This document shows positions 29,137 to 39,571 of a stretch of DNA of 64,000 bases, in pieces. The DNA comes from a virus: IMG/VR virus record IMGVR_UViG_3300027741_000025, positions 32,001 through 96,000 of that record; one strand, 5' to 3'. The translations under genes and the position numbers were made by a program. The notes beneath the pieces are model-generated. The model was not told the origin of the DNA. It did no database searches and saw nothing but the letters and a program-made list of their open reading frames with translations. How positions within the stretch are numbered: the stretch's first letter is position 1; each line of letters begins with the position of its first letter.

Positions 29137-29147
29137 TTTTCCTCATT

Positions 29148-29480
29148 TCATGTTAAAATAGCATCAGGTATTCTTAAGTTTAATCCTGGCTTAAAATCAA
29201 ATATGTCTTTTATCCCATTGACTTCCATTATTTTCCACCAAAAGTCTGGTGTTCCATAAACTTTTTGAGATACTAAATCTGGTCTATATTCATAACCTGG
29301 GGATACAACCATGAACTTGTCATTTTGACTTGTTTTAAAATTTTTCTTTTTATACGTATTAAAAGTTATCAGTTTGTTTTCTGTATAATAAACAACAGTC
29401 GAGTTATAATATCTGCTTGAAAAATTTACAAATTTTGCAGGATTTGTTGTTGTTTCTTCATAGTAATTTGACATAATCAT
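29148..29480 (-). CDS. Baseplate gp53/LysM-like protein
   Basis: YRPDLVSQKVYGTPDFWWKIMEVN.I.D......G..LRIP. Confidence 0.85.
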   Translation of the reverse strand: MIMSNYYEETTTNPAKFVNFSSRYYNSTVVYYTENKLITFNTYKKKNFKTSQNDKFMVVSPGYEYRPDLVSQKVYGTPDFWWKIMEVNGIKDIFDFKPGLNLRIPDAILT

Positions 29481-30013
29481 GCCCCACTTCTTAATATTTT
29501 CGATTGACCAGGAAGACTATTGCTGCTGTACACGATATCCCATTGTGTGTCTACGCTAAATTTATAAGGTATTTTGGTTACTTCGTCCCAAGCTACATCT
29601 GTGGGAAATTTAACAGAGTAAGACTTTAGAACAGCACATATTGCTTTAGACTCACTTAAAAGTTTTCCGCAAGATAAAACACAAACTGGGGGAGGCGCAT
29701 AAGGGGCACCAGAGTTACCATCTCTTGGATAAACTGCACTTTGAATGGCTCTTAAATAACTTAAGTTTTTTACAGCATCTCCATCTTTTAAAATCATAAA
29801 GTAAGATGTCCAATTAATAGCCCTATTTTCTGAGTGTGAATAAGTTTTCATTGGAAAGCTTCTTCCAATTATTGGTTCATCATTATATTGAGCCGACTTT
29901 CCGTCAGATATATCTGGCAGTATTCTCATGGGAATTTTACCATAGCCAGGAATAGAAATATAACAATCTTCTATTGGATTTAATGTTCCCCCTGAAATTG
30001 TAGATTGCATCAT
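29477..30013 (-). CDS. Tail tube initiator/baseplate protein (gp48/gp54-like)
   Basis: DGKSAQYND..IIGRSFP..TYS.S..R and YP.....APPPVC motifs. Confidence 0.7.
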   Translation of the reverse strand: MMQSTISGGTLNPIEDCYISIPGYGKIPMRILPDISDGKSAQYNDEPIIGRSFPMKTYSHSENRAINWTSYFMILKDGDAVKNLSYLRAIQSAVYPRDGNSGAPYAPPPVCVLSCGKLLSESKAICAVLKSYSVKFPTDVAWDEVTKIPYKFSVDTQWDIVYSSNSLPGQSKILRSGA

Positions 30014-30044
30014 GATTGATCCTCTTTAATAGTTTAGTATATTA

Positions 30045-33000
30045 TTATACATTAGCTATGTTTGTTATTCCCTTACTTGCAGTCTGATTAAAGCTGCCGG
30101 TAGACCACTTATAATACCTAGGAGGACTAGTCACCACAGAATTTGTAAGGGTGGAGCCACCCGCCTGACCTCCGCCGCCACTGCTAGAGGATGGTTGCAT
30201 GAGCGCCACCATATCTGTTAGCAATCCAACCATCTCTGTTAACTTCTCAACTTGTGTTTGACTGCTTCCAGCTATGGTTCCTAACTCTGGACCTCCTACG
30301 CTTGATACTGATGGTTCTTTTGTCACTTGATCTCTTTGAACTCTTTCGTGCATTGATGCTGATGTTGCTGTTTGTGCTGAAGTAGATTTAGTAGCACTTG
30401 CCGCTGATAAACTGTCATTTAAAAGCGTCCCAGCTTTACTTCCGAGCCAACTGGCTCCATCTAATACTTTTTGACCCGCCCACAAAGCTCCCTTTCCTAC
30501 CGTTTTCCAACCATCGATATATTTTTGCCCCAGCCACAGAGCGCCTTCGCCAACAGTCTTTCCTACCGCTTTCCAACCATCGATATATTTTTGCCCCAGC
30601 CACAGAGCGCCCTCGCCAATAGTCTTTGCCCCATCCCATAGTTTTGATCCTAAATTTTTTGTGCCTTCCCACAATGTTGATCCAAGATTTTTTGCACCAT
30701 CCCAAGCACTACTTGCTATCGACTTTGCTCCTTCCCATGCGCTGCCCGCTAGTTTTCCTGCACCACTTATTAGTCCGTCTCCAAAAAAGTCAATTCCTGC
30801 TGATAGTACAGGTCCTATAAACGGAATCGCCCCAGCCAGTCCGCTTGCCAGTTCTTTTACTGCTCCTCCAACATTTCCTTGAACCAATGCCGACAATGCA
30901 AACCCGGCGCCAGCCAAAGCGCCTATTCCAGGTAATTTCTTTAATAAACTTTTACCTACTCCTCCTAATCCTGCCTTGGCTATAAAACCGCCAGCCTTAC
31001 CAAACATACTTCCCATTAAACCGCCACTTTTACTAAATAGCCCCCCAGCTTTTGCAGCAACTCCCCCTGCTTTACCAAACAAACTACCTAACAAACCACC
31101 GCCTTTGCTTAACAATCCTCCGGCTTTTGTAGCAACTCCTCCTGCTTTACCAAACATACTCCCTAACAAACCTCCAGCCTTAGAGACAGCAGGATTTTTT
31201 GAAGCCTTTCCCCAAAGATTTCCCATCAATCCTTTGCCTTTTTCCATAACACCTGCTGCGCGAGCTTTTGCTTTACCGAATAACCTTCCCATTAATCCGT
31301 CAGATTTTCCGGCAATCTCTGCCGCAGCTCCAAGAGGAGAATCTGATATTGCTTCTGTAAGACCGCTGCAACAGCATCCGCTGCCTGATTCTGCCGCTTC
31401 TCCTCCTCCACCTCCAAAAAAAGATCCCAACATAGATTTACCAGCCCCAGCAACAGAAGATAATAATCTCTTGCCTTTTCCTAACAATCCTTTTCCCTTA
31501 CCCAGAACGCCAGCACCCGCACTCAACGCACTTGAACCTGCGCCTAAAATACTTTTGCCTGCTCCGCTATTTTTCATGCCACCAAAACCAGCCAAAACAG
31601 ATTTAAAAAATCCTTGTTGTGAATTTTTTGCTCCGCTAAAACCTTTCACAAAGCCAGAAAATAAGCTCTTGGAATAACCAGCTATTTCTGAAAAACCTGT
31701 TTTCATAGTTCCTGATATTAACGACACAATTGATCCTATTCCTTTCATTATCCCAAATGGTAATTTTGCAAAAAAGAATATTATTTTTGTGACAAGGTCT
31801 GGAACTATACTGTGTCCTACAAGTATGTCGTAAAGCCATCTAAATGGAGCTAATATACTATTAGCCAAATTGTTTGCCCAAGTTATAATTCCATTAAAGA
31901 TGCCTGTAAAGATACCTGTAAAGCTTGTGATAAAAGATCTATATAAACCTTGTCCTATTTTGAATATATCAAAAGTTGCTATTCCCTGTAATACTTCTGC
32001 TATACCCATTCCAAAATTATAAAACATCTCAATAAAAGGAGATATCAAATAAGAAACTATACTAAAGGCTGTGCCTACTACACGAATAGCGTAAGCCAAA
32101 GGTTCTATTACAACACTTATTAATCCCCCTATTAATCTTCCAACTGTTCTTAAAACAAATCTTATCACTTTGCCTAATGATCCAACTATATCTGCAGTCA
32201 TTTTAAATAAACTGCCTGTTTCACTTAGGGATGATTTGAAATCAAAAAATGGATCAAGTATTGCAAAAACAACGTCTCCTATTGCACTAAAAAGTGATCC
32301 AAATGGTTCAAAAATATAATATATCATTTCACCAATTCCCATTATCGTATCGCTGATGGTTGTAACAACTCCCCAAATTGCTCCCCCTATCACATCTATT
32401 ATGCCCATAACGATTGACAGTAAAGGAATAACTCTATTAAAGTGAGCAAGAGCTTTCGTGATAGATCCAGCAGCACCAAGCCAATGATCAAATATTCCAA
32501 ATGTTATTGTGTTTAAAAATCCTGTGACAAATCCAGCACCTTTAGCTGCATAAAATTCAGCAGTAGTTACTTCTTCCATGCTTTTCCCAAAAATCTCCGC
32601 AGCTTTTTCTCCACTTCTTACACTTTGAATTAACCCTCCAACTGTTCCTGCAACTACGGCAGCAGCAACACCAATACTTGCAAGAGAAACATTCATGCTT
32701 GATGCAAAAGATGTTATTGATTGCCCAACACTTGAATTCATGAATGTTCTGAAATTTCCCCCGAGAGTTTCCAAGGAATTTTGAAATGCTCCATAATCAA
32801 CAACTGCACCGTAAGCAAAGCCAGCAAACCGACCACCAACATCAGCCAAGGTTGTCAGAATTCCTAAAGACCTACCAAACACACTACTTAACATAGAGCT
32901 AATAGCACCTTGAGTTGTTCCTCTTAAAGTTTCGTTTAATGTAATCATACTCTGATTAAGCTCAGTGGTAACATCAAGCTGAGTCTTTTGACCAACACCA

Positions 33001-34916
33001 GCCTCTGCATTAGCCTTGTTTATTTGGCTGACCATTTCTCTATATGCTTCTGGGTCATTTAAAGCTTTGCCTATGTCTTTTTCACTTATTTGTAATTGTT
33101 TTTTACCAGCCTTCTTTAAGTTTTCATTTATCCCTGCAACAGATGCCTTCATTGCTTCTTTCATTGCGACTTTTGAATCTGTTGTTTTTATTCCCATTGC
33201 GTTTAAATCATCTGCCAATTCACCCATTTTTAAATTAGAAAAAGCCTCGCCCATGTTTTTCGCACCCTTTGAGGCTGCATCTAATTTTGTTAAAGCTTCA
33301 AGAGCAGTGTTTGTTTTTAAGCTTCTTTCTTGTTCAAGAAGATTTGCCTTTTCCTCAAGAGTCAATGTCTTTTCTCTATCTTTATTTATTTTAGTTAACT
33401 TATCTCCTAAGGATGCTCCTTGTTCGTTGTAACTATCAATTAAACCTAATACTTCACCCGCACTCTTCTTGATAGGAGATAGTTGCAGTCTTGTGTTTAA
33501 TTCTTGTTTTTCGTAGTCGCTTAATTTTTCAAAATCTTCCCTAGTTCTGACCATTCCTCCGGAGAACTCGGCAAGCAGATCTCCCATGCCTGTTGCCATT
33601 TGTTTGATTCCCTTTTTTGTATTCATTAAAGTTGCATCATAAATCTTTGTCATATCTCCACCAGCAGCTCTGGACAGAATAAGTTTCATTCCTGCGTCTG
33701 CTTGCATAAAACCTGCCATGCCCTTAGAAAGAGTGGCTGTTATTTCTTGACCCGCTTCTGAAACTCCAAACTTTTTGAAACTTGCCATTAATCCAACAAC
33801 ATTACTCGCAGCCTCAGCATTCAGACTGCCAGCGTTGCGCATGTTTTTTATTATGTCTTCACTGGATCTAACAGCATCTGCTAAATTCTCTCCCGTTACA
33901 CCAGTATTTCTTGCAACCTCTTGTATTCCTCTGCCGAACTCTGACATTTCATTGTTGCTCATTTTCATTTGCAACGACATATTTAAGAAGGTGTCGCCCA
34001 AAGCTCCTGCTTCCACACCTATCATTTTTTCAGTATTGAGCTGCTTCTTTGTTATAGCTTCAGAAAGCTTTTTATCTTTTAATCCTTTTCTATAATTAGA
34101 AAGATATGCTTTTGAATAAGTTGTTCTATCAAACCCTGTTTCAGATGCTGCCTTGCCTATGTCTTCAAATGCTCTTTGCAAACCTCTTGATTCTTTTGTG
34201 ATACCGGCAACTTCAAAAGCTGCCTGTCTGGCGTCAATAGTAAATTTCCTCTCCTCTGCAAACAAATCTTTAAAAACAGTGTCTGTTCCTCTAAATCCAA
34301 ATAATGTTTGCTGTAGATCAGCAGCACTATTACCAAGATCTTGCATCAATCTAAGAGGGATGAAACTATCTCTTATTTCTTTCATTCGTTTTTCTGTTGC
34401 TTCAAGTCTCTCTGCTTCTGCTGCTTCCGGGGATGAATCCCTCTTATTCTCATATTTCTCAAGCTCCCCAACCAGATTCTTTATTTCAAGCTCTAAGTCT
34501 GCTAGTCCTGTGCCACTTGTCATGGCAATTCTCAGAGCTTTTGTTTCCAGCCAATTAAGTCTTGCTATTTTTTCCAAATAAACATCATGGGTGTATATGC
34601 TTCCTTTTTTAAGACCATGCTCAGCCATTTTGAGCATCATCTTTTCAGATTTTATAGAAGTTGGGTTTTTTAAAGTAGGTTTGTCACCACTTTTACCTTT
34701 AAAGTTTTTTACAAAGTCTTTGAGAAGCTTCACCATATTATCAAACTTTTTTGACATCTCTGGTGGCATGGCGCTTTGGCTTGGTTCACTACCTGCCGTT
34801 TTGTTGAAAGGTACCGCTTTTCCAACATTTCCTTTTGCTAAGGATGCAACGGTTCCCCTGAGTTCCTGGGAATTCATGCCGCCGCCAACATCTCGTCCTA
34901 TATTGTCTATTGCCAT
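30045..34916 (-). CDS. Tail tape measure protein
   Basis: 1623 aa, helical and Ala/Gly-rich, hydrophobic middle, 11-aa Trp-spaced repeats, immediately upstream of the baseplate genes. Confidence 0.88.
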   Translation of the reverse strand: MAIDNIGRDVGGGMNSQELRGTVASLAKGNVGKAVPFNKTAGSEPSQSAMPPEMSKKFDNMVKLLKDFVKNFKGKSGDKPTLKNPTSIKSEKMMLKMAEHGLKKGSIYTHDVYLEKIARLNWLETKALRIAMTSGTGLADLELEIKNLVGELEKYENKRDSSPEAAEAERLEATEKRMKEIRDSFIPLRLMQDLGNSAADLQQTLFGFRGTDTVFKDLFAEERKFTIDARQAAFEVAGITKESRGLQRAFEDIGKAASETGFDRTTYSKAYLSNYRKGLKDKKLSEAITKKQLNTEKMIGVEAGALGDTFLNMSLQMKMSNNEMSEFGRGIQEVARNTGVTGENLADAVRSSEDIIKNMRNAGSLNAEAASNVVGLMASFKKFGVSEAGQEITATLSKGMAGFMQADAGMKLILSRAAGGDMTKIYDATLMNTKKGIKQMATGMGDLLAEFSGGMVRTREDFEKLSDYEKQELNTRLQLSPIKKSAGEVLGLIDSYNEQGASLGDKLTKINKDREKTLTLEEKANLLEQERSLKTNTALEALTKLDAASKGAKNMGEAFSNLKMGELADDLNAMGIKTTDSKVAMKEAMKASVAGINENLKKAGKKQLQISEKDIGKALNDPEAYREMVSQINKANAEAGVGQKTQLDVTTELNQSMITLNETLRGTTQGAISSMLSSVFGRSLGILTTLADVGGRFAGFAYGAVVDYGAFQNSLETLGGNFRTFMNSSVGQSITSFASSMNVSLASIGVAAAVVAGTVGGLIQSVRSGEKAAEIFGKSMEEVTTAEFYAAKGAGFVTGFLNTITFGIFDHWLGAAGSITKALAHFNRVIPLLSIVMGIIDVIGGAIWGVVTTISDTIMGIGEMIYYIFEPFGSLFSAIGDVVFAILDPFFDFKSSLSETGSLFKMTADIVGSLGKVIRFVLRTVGRLIGGLISVVIEPLAYAIRVVGTAFSIVSYLISPFIEMFYNFGMGIAEVLQGIATFDIFKIGQGLYRSFITSFTGIFTGIFNGIITWANNLANSILAPFRWLYDILVGHSIVPDLVTKIIFFFAKLPFGIMKGIGSIVSLISGTMKTGFSEIAGYSKSLFSGFVKGFSGAKNSQQGFFKSVLAGFGGMKNSGAGKSILGAGSSALSAGAGVLGKGKGLLGKGKRLLSSVAGAGKSMLGSFFGGGGGEAAESGSGCCCSGLTEAISDSPLGAAAEIAGKSDGLMGRLFGKAKARAAGVMEKGKGLMGNLWGKASKNPAVSKAGGLLGSMFGKAGGVATKAGGLLSKGGGLLGSLFGKAGGVAAKAGGLFSKSGGLMGSMFGKAGGFIAKAGLGGVGKSLLKKLPGIGALAGAGFALSALVQGNVGGAVKELASGLAGAIPFIGPVLSAGIDFFGDGLISGAGKLAGSAWEGAKSIASSAWDGAKNLGSTLWEGTKNLGSKLWDGAKTIGEGALWLGQKYIDGWKAVGKTVGEGALWLGQKYIDGWKTVGKGALWAGQKVLDGASWLGSKAGTLLNDSLSAASATKSTSAQTATSASMHERVQRDQVTKEPSVSSVGGPELGTIAGSSQTQVEKLTEMVGLLTDMVALMQPSSSSGGGGQAGGSTLTNSVVTSPPRYYKWSTGSFNQTASKGITNIANV

Positions 34917-35036
34917 GGTTTAAAATATATATCTGAGAATTTTCTTTTTCAAAGAATATATAGTGTCTTTTTCTAAAATAGTGTTTGCTAAAATTGAAGT
35001 TTCTCAACAGAAGTTTCTTCGTGGTACGCTTTTGTG

Positions 35037-35065
35037 TTGACAACAGAAACCCATCCGCATAGAGT
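35037..35065 (+). promoter_or_regulatory. Sigma70-like promoter giving a leaderless transcript
   Basis: TTGACA-17 nt-TAGAGT, ending 6 nt before ATG 35072. Confidence 0.65.
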
Positions 35066-35071
35066 TCAGAT

Positions 35072-35644
35072 ATGTTCAACGATACAAAAGACCCCCCAGA
35101 TTATCCTTCTTTTCATAAAAAAAATATTTCTAAGAAAACTTCTGTAGAAAAACCGCTGGAGCCTCCAGAAATAGAAGAGAATACAGAAGACAAATTCGAT
35201 TATCCCTTCACTTGTCTATCTTGGCATTCCGGCAAAGATTACTATCCAGAATTGGACTCAGCAATAGAGTTCTACAATCAAAAAAGATACAAAACAGCTT
35301 TGGATCTTTTTGAAACTCGTCCAGCAGATCCAGCCCGAGGACTCAAAAATCTCGTTTGTACCTTTCGCGGACCAATTGGTTGGCTGCTTATGGCAAACAC
35401 CAAGGCTGCTAAGAATGAATTCTTGAACTTTTGCATAGCAAGTTGCCATTACCAACTGGGCTCTTATGCAAAAGCGTTGGATTCTTTGAAAAAAGATGCC
35501 AGCGAAAGAGCTTCTTATCTAAGGGCTTGGTGCCAATACAAGTTAAACAAGCATGATGAAGCAAAAGAAACTTTCAGAAAAGTCTTCTATTCAAACCCAA
35601 GGTTCTTAAGCTATTCCAATCCATACGGGGAAGATTACGAGTGA
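35072..35644 (+). CDS. TPR-repeat protein
   Basis: ASCHYQLGSYAKALDSL and AWCQYKLNKHDEAKETF are TPR-like helices. Confidence 0.7.
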   Translation: MFNDTKDPPDYPSFHKKNISKKTSVEKPLEPPEIEENTEDKFDYPFTCLSWHSGKDYYPELDSAIEFYNQKRYKTALDLFETRPADPARGLKNLVCTFRGPIGWLLMANTKAAKNEFLNFCIASCHYQLGSYAKALDSLKKDASERASYLRAWCQYKLNKHDEAKETFRKVFYSNPRFLSYSNPYGEDYE

Positions 35645-36100
35645 TCACTTGATTATTTGATTTGTGATCTTTGCAAGCTGTTCGTTGACGGTTTTTCTTA
35701 TCGCTTCTACTTCATTTGGAGAAACAGCTCTTACACTGCCCATCAAATTCAATATAAAATCGCAGTCAAGCTGTTTTAATCTTCTTATTCCACTTCTTTT
35801 ATACTGTCTAAAGGATGACACAAGATATTTGTCTCCTTTTATTGTTCTATAACTGAAATTAGGATTGTTGCAGTTTGCTTTCAACAAATTTCTTATATAT
35901 GGAAATGTAAGATAATGTATATTCAATCCTCTTATATACAATTGATTCACATCTGTTACTATTACATTTGGAAGCGGATCATGCCCGGCTTTATGAAACA
36001 TATAGTTGAATGAAACTAGGCTTCCTTTTTTTACATTTTGTAAAAAAGTATCATTCTTTTGAGGAATATTTTTGAATACAAGGTTGAGATCCATAATCAA
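35645..36100 (-). CDS. DNA end protector-like protein (T4 gp2-like)
   Basis: G....F.Y....HDPLP...RGLNIHYL...FRQY resembles T4-like gp2. Confidence 0.6.
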   Translation of the reverse strand: MIMDLNLVFKNIPQKNDTFLQNVKKGSLVSFNYMFHKAGHDPLPNVIVTDVNQLYIRGLNIHYLTFPYIRNLLKANCNNPNFSYRTIKGDKYLVSSFRQYKRSGIRRLKQLDCDFILNLMGSVRAVSPNEVEAIRKTVNEQLAKITNQIIK

Positions 36101-36573
36101 AACTTAGAGTAAACACTGGAGCTATAATCGGTACCACTTGATCTGACCATCAGATTTTTATCGTTGCCTTTTTCTATTTTGTTTTGAGCGTCTGAGCTCA
36201 TTTTGAAAAACCTCTTGATTTCTTCGACAAGAGTATCTGCAACTTTCCCCCCAGCCTTTTCTTCATCTGCACCTTTTTCTGACATAAAAGTGTTGAATAT
36301 ATTTTCAAAATCTAAAAGATACGCTTTTCCATATGGATGTGTGTCTATTCTGTTTTGAATTTTGAAGGCTATGTTCCTTCCTATCGAATATATTCTTATT
36401 CCTTCAAAGTCACACTCTGGATCTGTTGAATAAACAAACAAAAACGGATCATCAACATCCAAAAATATTTTGTTTTGGATCTTGCTCAGCTTTAAAATAT
36501 GGTGAATTATTTTAAGCTTTCTTTTTGCTCCAAGTGCATTTCTGTTTACATAGTCAAAAAATTTGTGTCTCAT
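36097..36573 (-). CDS. Hypothetical protein
   Basis: 158-aa ORF in a co-oriented cluster. Confidence 0.7.
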   Translation of the reverse strand: MRHKFFDYVNRNALGAKRKLKIIHHILKLSKIQNKIFLDVDDPFLFVYSTDPECDFEGIRIYSIGRNIAFKIQNRIDTHPYGKAYLLDFENIFNTFMSEKGADEEKAGGKVADTLVEEIKRFFKMSSDAQNKIEKGNDKNLMVRSSGTDYSSSVYSKF

Positions 36574-36577
36574 ATAA

Positions 36578-36934
36578 TTACATATTTAATGGTTTCGCCA
36601 TTCTTCCACCCACCGATGTAGTTGCTCCTGCAAGTGTGTTTATTAGCTCCCCAAATAATTGCATGGCTTCTGGATTTTTCTTAAGATGAGCAAACAAAGG
36701 CGTATACATGCCTCTGGTATCTTTGTTTATTCTCTCTATGTTTAGTAGAGCTTTACGCACCTCTTCTTTACCAAATGAGTGGGGGTTGAGCGATTCGTCA
36801 GATCCTGGCTTAACACTTCCGGTGTTACTGGCTCCATATCCTGCCAATTTAAGTCCCGAATCATTGGAGGGCTTTGCTCCCATTACTGGATTAACATCCG
36901 CTTCCATTATTCTATATAATTTACTGAATTCCAT
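36578..36934 (-). CDS. Hypothetical protein (possible head-internal protein)
   Basis: 118 aa with AAGG RBS, N-terminus MEFSKLYRIME. Confidence 0.65.
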   Translation of the reverse strand: MEFSKLYRIMEADVNPVMGAKPSNDSGLKLAGYGASNTGSVKPGSDESLNPHSFGKEEVRKALLNIERINKDTRGMYTPLFAHLKKNPEAMQLFGELINTLAGATTSVGGRMAKPLNM

Positions 36935-36959
36935 AACTTAACCTTTCTTATAATTATAT

Positions 36960-38282
36960 TTAGCAAGTTCTGAGTAAAATTTCTTGTGCCGATGGAACAC
37001 ATCTCTGTAATACCAATAAATCACTGGGATTGCCGTTGTAAGGCGTTTCTTTTACAACAACACCAGGAAAGCTTCCAGCAGCTTCTTTTATGGTTTTCAT
37101 TTGAGCTGTTAAGAATAGCATTCCATCTATTCTTTCCAAAAAGTCGCTTTCTCCCTTTTTGGGAAATCCGTTTTCGTCAACCTCACCAGTTTCATAAAGA
37201 TACTTGACTTTAAGATCAACAAATGGAACTAAGTTTCCATCATCATCTATCATGGCTTCACTGTTGTCTGATTGAATGATTCTTACGCTAAGTTTTCCCT
37301 CAGAATAAGCTGCATCCAAACAACTAGCCAAATCCAAGCCCAAGGAGTATACTGTTCCGTCATTTCCAACAACGTTTATTAAAAAGCTTCTCTGCTTGAA
37401 ATAGTCAGATATACTCTCCATTATAACTCTTCTTCTCAGAACATCTTTTTCCTCTGGGCTTCCATCTTGAAGTCTCTTGAGCTCGGGATCTTCTAGAAAC
37501 TTCTCTGGGTCATCTTCTCTTAAAGCCCATTTTCCAAGATCAATTCTTCCCCATTTTTCATTGAATCTTGTTGATATTTTTATTGAGTATTTTCTTTCGT
37601 TGTAAATAAGATCTTCGCTGTTTGATCCATTGCCAACTTGAACAGCCCCCAGTAAAGCAGCCATATACTTTCTGTGAAGATCACCCTTCATTCCAAGAGT
37701 GCCCTTCAATTTTATGAAAACACTACTGAGTTCACTCATTGGTTGAAGAGCTGTGAAAACATGTTTTGTTAAAGATACCGAAGGATTGTTTTGATCCAAT
37801 TCTTGTCTGATTAGCCTTCGTATCTCTTTATTAGCTTTCTCAATATTGGAATTTTGCCTAAGAAATAAAATCTGTAGATTATCCTCTACAAACTTTCTTG
37901 GATAAGAGTCTAGCTCTGAATCTCTTATTCCATGAATACTATCCAAGAGTGTTTTAGTATCACCTTTTGCGCTATTTTTAAAATACTCCATCTTCCATGT
38001 TTCAAAATTTTCTTCTGGCTTGTTTTCTTCCTCAGGCATATCAGGAGTGACAGGTTCTTTAACTTCTTGTTCTGGAGGTTGTTGAGCTTGAGGTTGTTGA
38101 GCTTGAGGTTGTTGAGCTTGAGGTTGTTGTTCTGTTTGTTGGGGATCTTGTGGCTGTTCTGCTGGATCTGCAGCGGGAACCTGCATTCCAGAAGAAGCAT
38201 TAGTTGCAGGTTGATTTGCTGCAACTTCACCTGGATCGCCAAGATCCTCATTTAACCAGTAATTCATTGTGTTAAATCTCAT
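36960..38282 (-). CDS. Hypothetical phage protein with QQPQA repeats
   Basis: 440 aa, 15-bp repeat at about 38076-38130. Confidence 0.8.
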   Translation of the reverse strand: MRFNTMNYWLNEDLGDPGEVAANQPATNASSGMQVPAADPAEQPQDPQQTEQQPQAQQPQAQQPQAQQPPEQEVKEPVTPDMPEEENKPEENFETWKMEYFKNSAKGDTKTLLDSIHGIRDSELDSYPRKFVEDNLQILFLRQNSNIEKANKEIRRLIRQELDQNNPSVSLTKHVFTALQPMSELSSVFIKLKGTLGMKGDLHRKYMAALLGAVQVGNGSNSEDLIYNERKYSIKISTRFNEKWGRIDLGKWALREDDPEKFLEDPELKRLQDGSPEEKDVLRRRVIMESISDYFKQRSFLINVVGNDGTVYSLGLDLASCLDAAYSEGKLSVRIIQSDNSEAMIDDDGNLVPFVDLKVKYLYETGEVDENGFPKKGESDFLERIDGMLFLTAQMKTIKEAAGSFPGVVVKETPYNGNPSDLLVLQRCVPSAQEILLRTC

Positions 38283-38757
38283 TTTGACCTTCCTCTTTTT
38301 TCTTATTTAGTGCCTCTAGAAATTGTCTTTTATTGTTCCCTGAATTAATATTTATTGTGTTATTTTGATTTGCTGCTAAGTATTTAGGGAAGGTATCTTT
38401 ATCTTTTAATTTAATTCTTGTCATTAAATCTGCTATTTTTGCCATTTTGTCAGAAGTATCATGCTTGAGCTTGAGTAAATTCACAAGAGCTTCTTTGCTT
38501 GCACTCGTAGAGTCTCCTTCGTTTATAACTAAATCAGCAAAGTTATTTATAAATTCATCTGTTTGTTTTCTATCTTGTCTTATGTTTTCGAGAACTTCCT
38601 GATAAACATCTACAAGTTGTTCATCACTTACTATGTTTGACAAACTATTCTCTGAGTCTTGCACGCTTAAAGAAGAAACATTCATGCTGGGGAGAACCTC
38701 GCCAGCTATAGCCAAATCTTCTTTTGCTTCATCTAAAATATTATCATTTTTACCCAT
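38272..38757 (-). CDS. Hypothetical helical protein (weak resemblance to T4 gp16 small terminase)
   Basis: Two long helices followed by an NNTININ strand and a C-terminal helix. Architecture only. Confidence 0.4.
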   Translation of the reverse strand: MGKNDNILDEAKEDLAIAGEVLPSMNVSSLSVQDSENSLSNIVSDEQLVDVYQEVLENIRQDRKQTDEFINNFADLVINEGDSTSASKEALVNLLKLKHDTSDKMAKIADLMTRIKLKDKDTFPKYLAANQNNTININSGNNKRQFLEALNKKKEEGQNEI

Positions 38758-38787
38758 ATACTCTATATAGCTTAATATTTATTATCT

Positions 38788-39129
38788 TTAGTCACCTTTT
38801 ATTATTCTAATTGAGTCTTCTTCAAAATGTTGTGTTGAAAATTCAAACAACTCACTTTCTTCCAATGCTATTATTTGATGTCTTGTTCCTCTTGGTATAT
38901 CAATTTTATCACCTGGATTTAATACTATATCTTTGGCTTCTTCCATGTTGTCCGTAGATCCAAGTTTCAATAAAATCCTTCCACTCTGTAGGTAGAATGT
39001 CTCCAATTTTAAAACATGGGTATGGTATGAGCATTTTTTATTTTTATTAAAATATAATATTTTCCCACAATACTCATTGTTGTTAACAATAATTTTTTCG
39101 TAACCCCAGCCCTTTTTTATAATTTCCAT
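38788..39129 (-). CDS. Cupin (mannose-6-phosphate isomerase/sugar-isomerase-like)
   Basis: KGWGYE...SYHTH..K.ETFY...IPRGTRH. Confidence 0.85.
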   Translation of the reverse strand: MEIIKKGWGYEKIIVNNNEYCGKILYFNKNKKCSYHTHVLKLETFYLQSGRILLKLGSTDNMEEAKDIVLNPGDKIDIPRGTRHQIIALEESELFEFSTQHFEEDSIRIIKGD

Positions 39130-39184
39130 ATTATCATTTTAGTGTTTTTCTTTAAATTTTCAAACGAAAAATGTAAATATTAAT

Positions 39185-39535
39185 ATGGATCAATTGACAA
39201 AAGAAAAATTAAACAATCTTGAAAAAAGCCAAGATAAAGTTTTGCAAAAAATAGATGAATTTAAAAAAGAAATTATTGAATTTGAAAAATCATTGAATTC
39301 AAAAGATTCTAAAATCAGCGTATTACAAAGTAAAATAAAAGATTTAAAAGAAGATGTAGATACTTTTTGTGAAAAAGTTCAAAATTTTGAGGTTAAAATA
39401 GAATCCATCCACATACGCACCACAAGCACAGAAAGTAAATGGTCAAGTATAATTGAATTTTTTGTTAAGATATTTTGGGTAATTATGGTGTCCTATCTAC
39501 TCTACAAACTAGGTATACAGGGACCACCAGCATAA
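39185..39535 (+). CDS. Coiled-coil protein with C-terminal transmembrane helix
   Basis: Heptad repeats followed by IIEFFVKIFWVIMVSYLLY. Confidence 0.7.
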   Translation: MDQLTKEKLNNLEKSQDKVLQKIDEFKKEIIEFEKSLNSKDSKISVLQSKIKDLKEDVDTFCEKVQNFEVKIESIHIRTTSTESKWSSIIEFFVKIFWVIMVSYLLYKLGIQGPPA

Positions 39536-39571
39536 TTAATTTTTAAAACACCCTAATATATAGTATACAAG

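Noticed and set aside
30490-30720. 66-bp duplication in the tape measure gene
   Set aside because: Ordinary 11/22-aa Trp-spaced tape-measure periodicity.
19559-34916. Bacterial eCIS/T6SS/tailocin locus
   Set aside because: Context (primase, gp2-like gene, very long tape measure, T4-like small genes, no housekeeping genes) indicates a phage genome.
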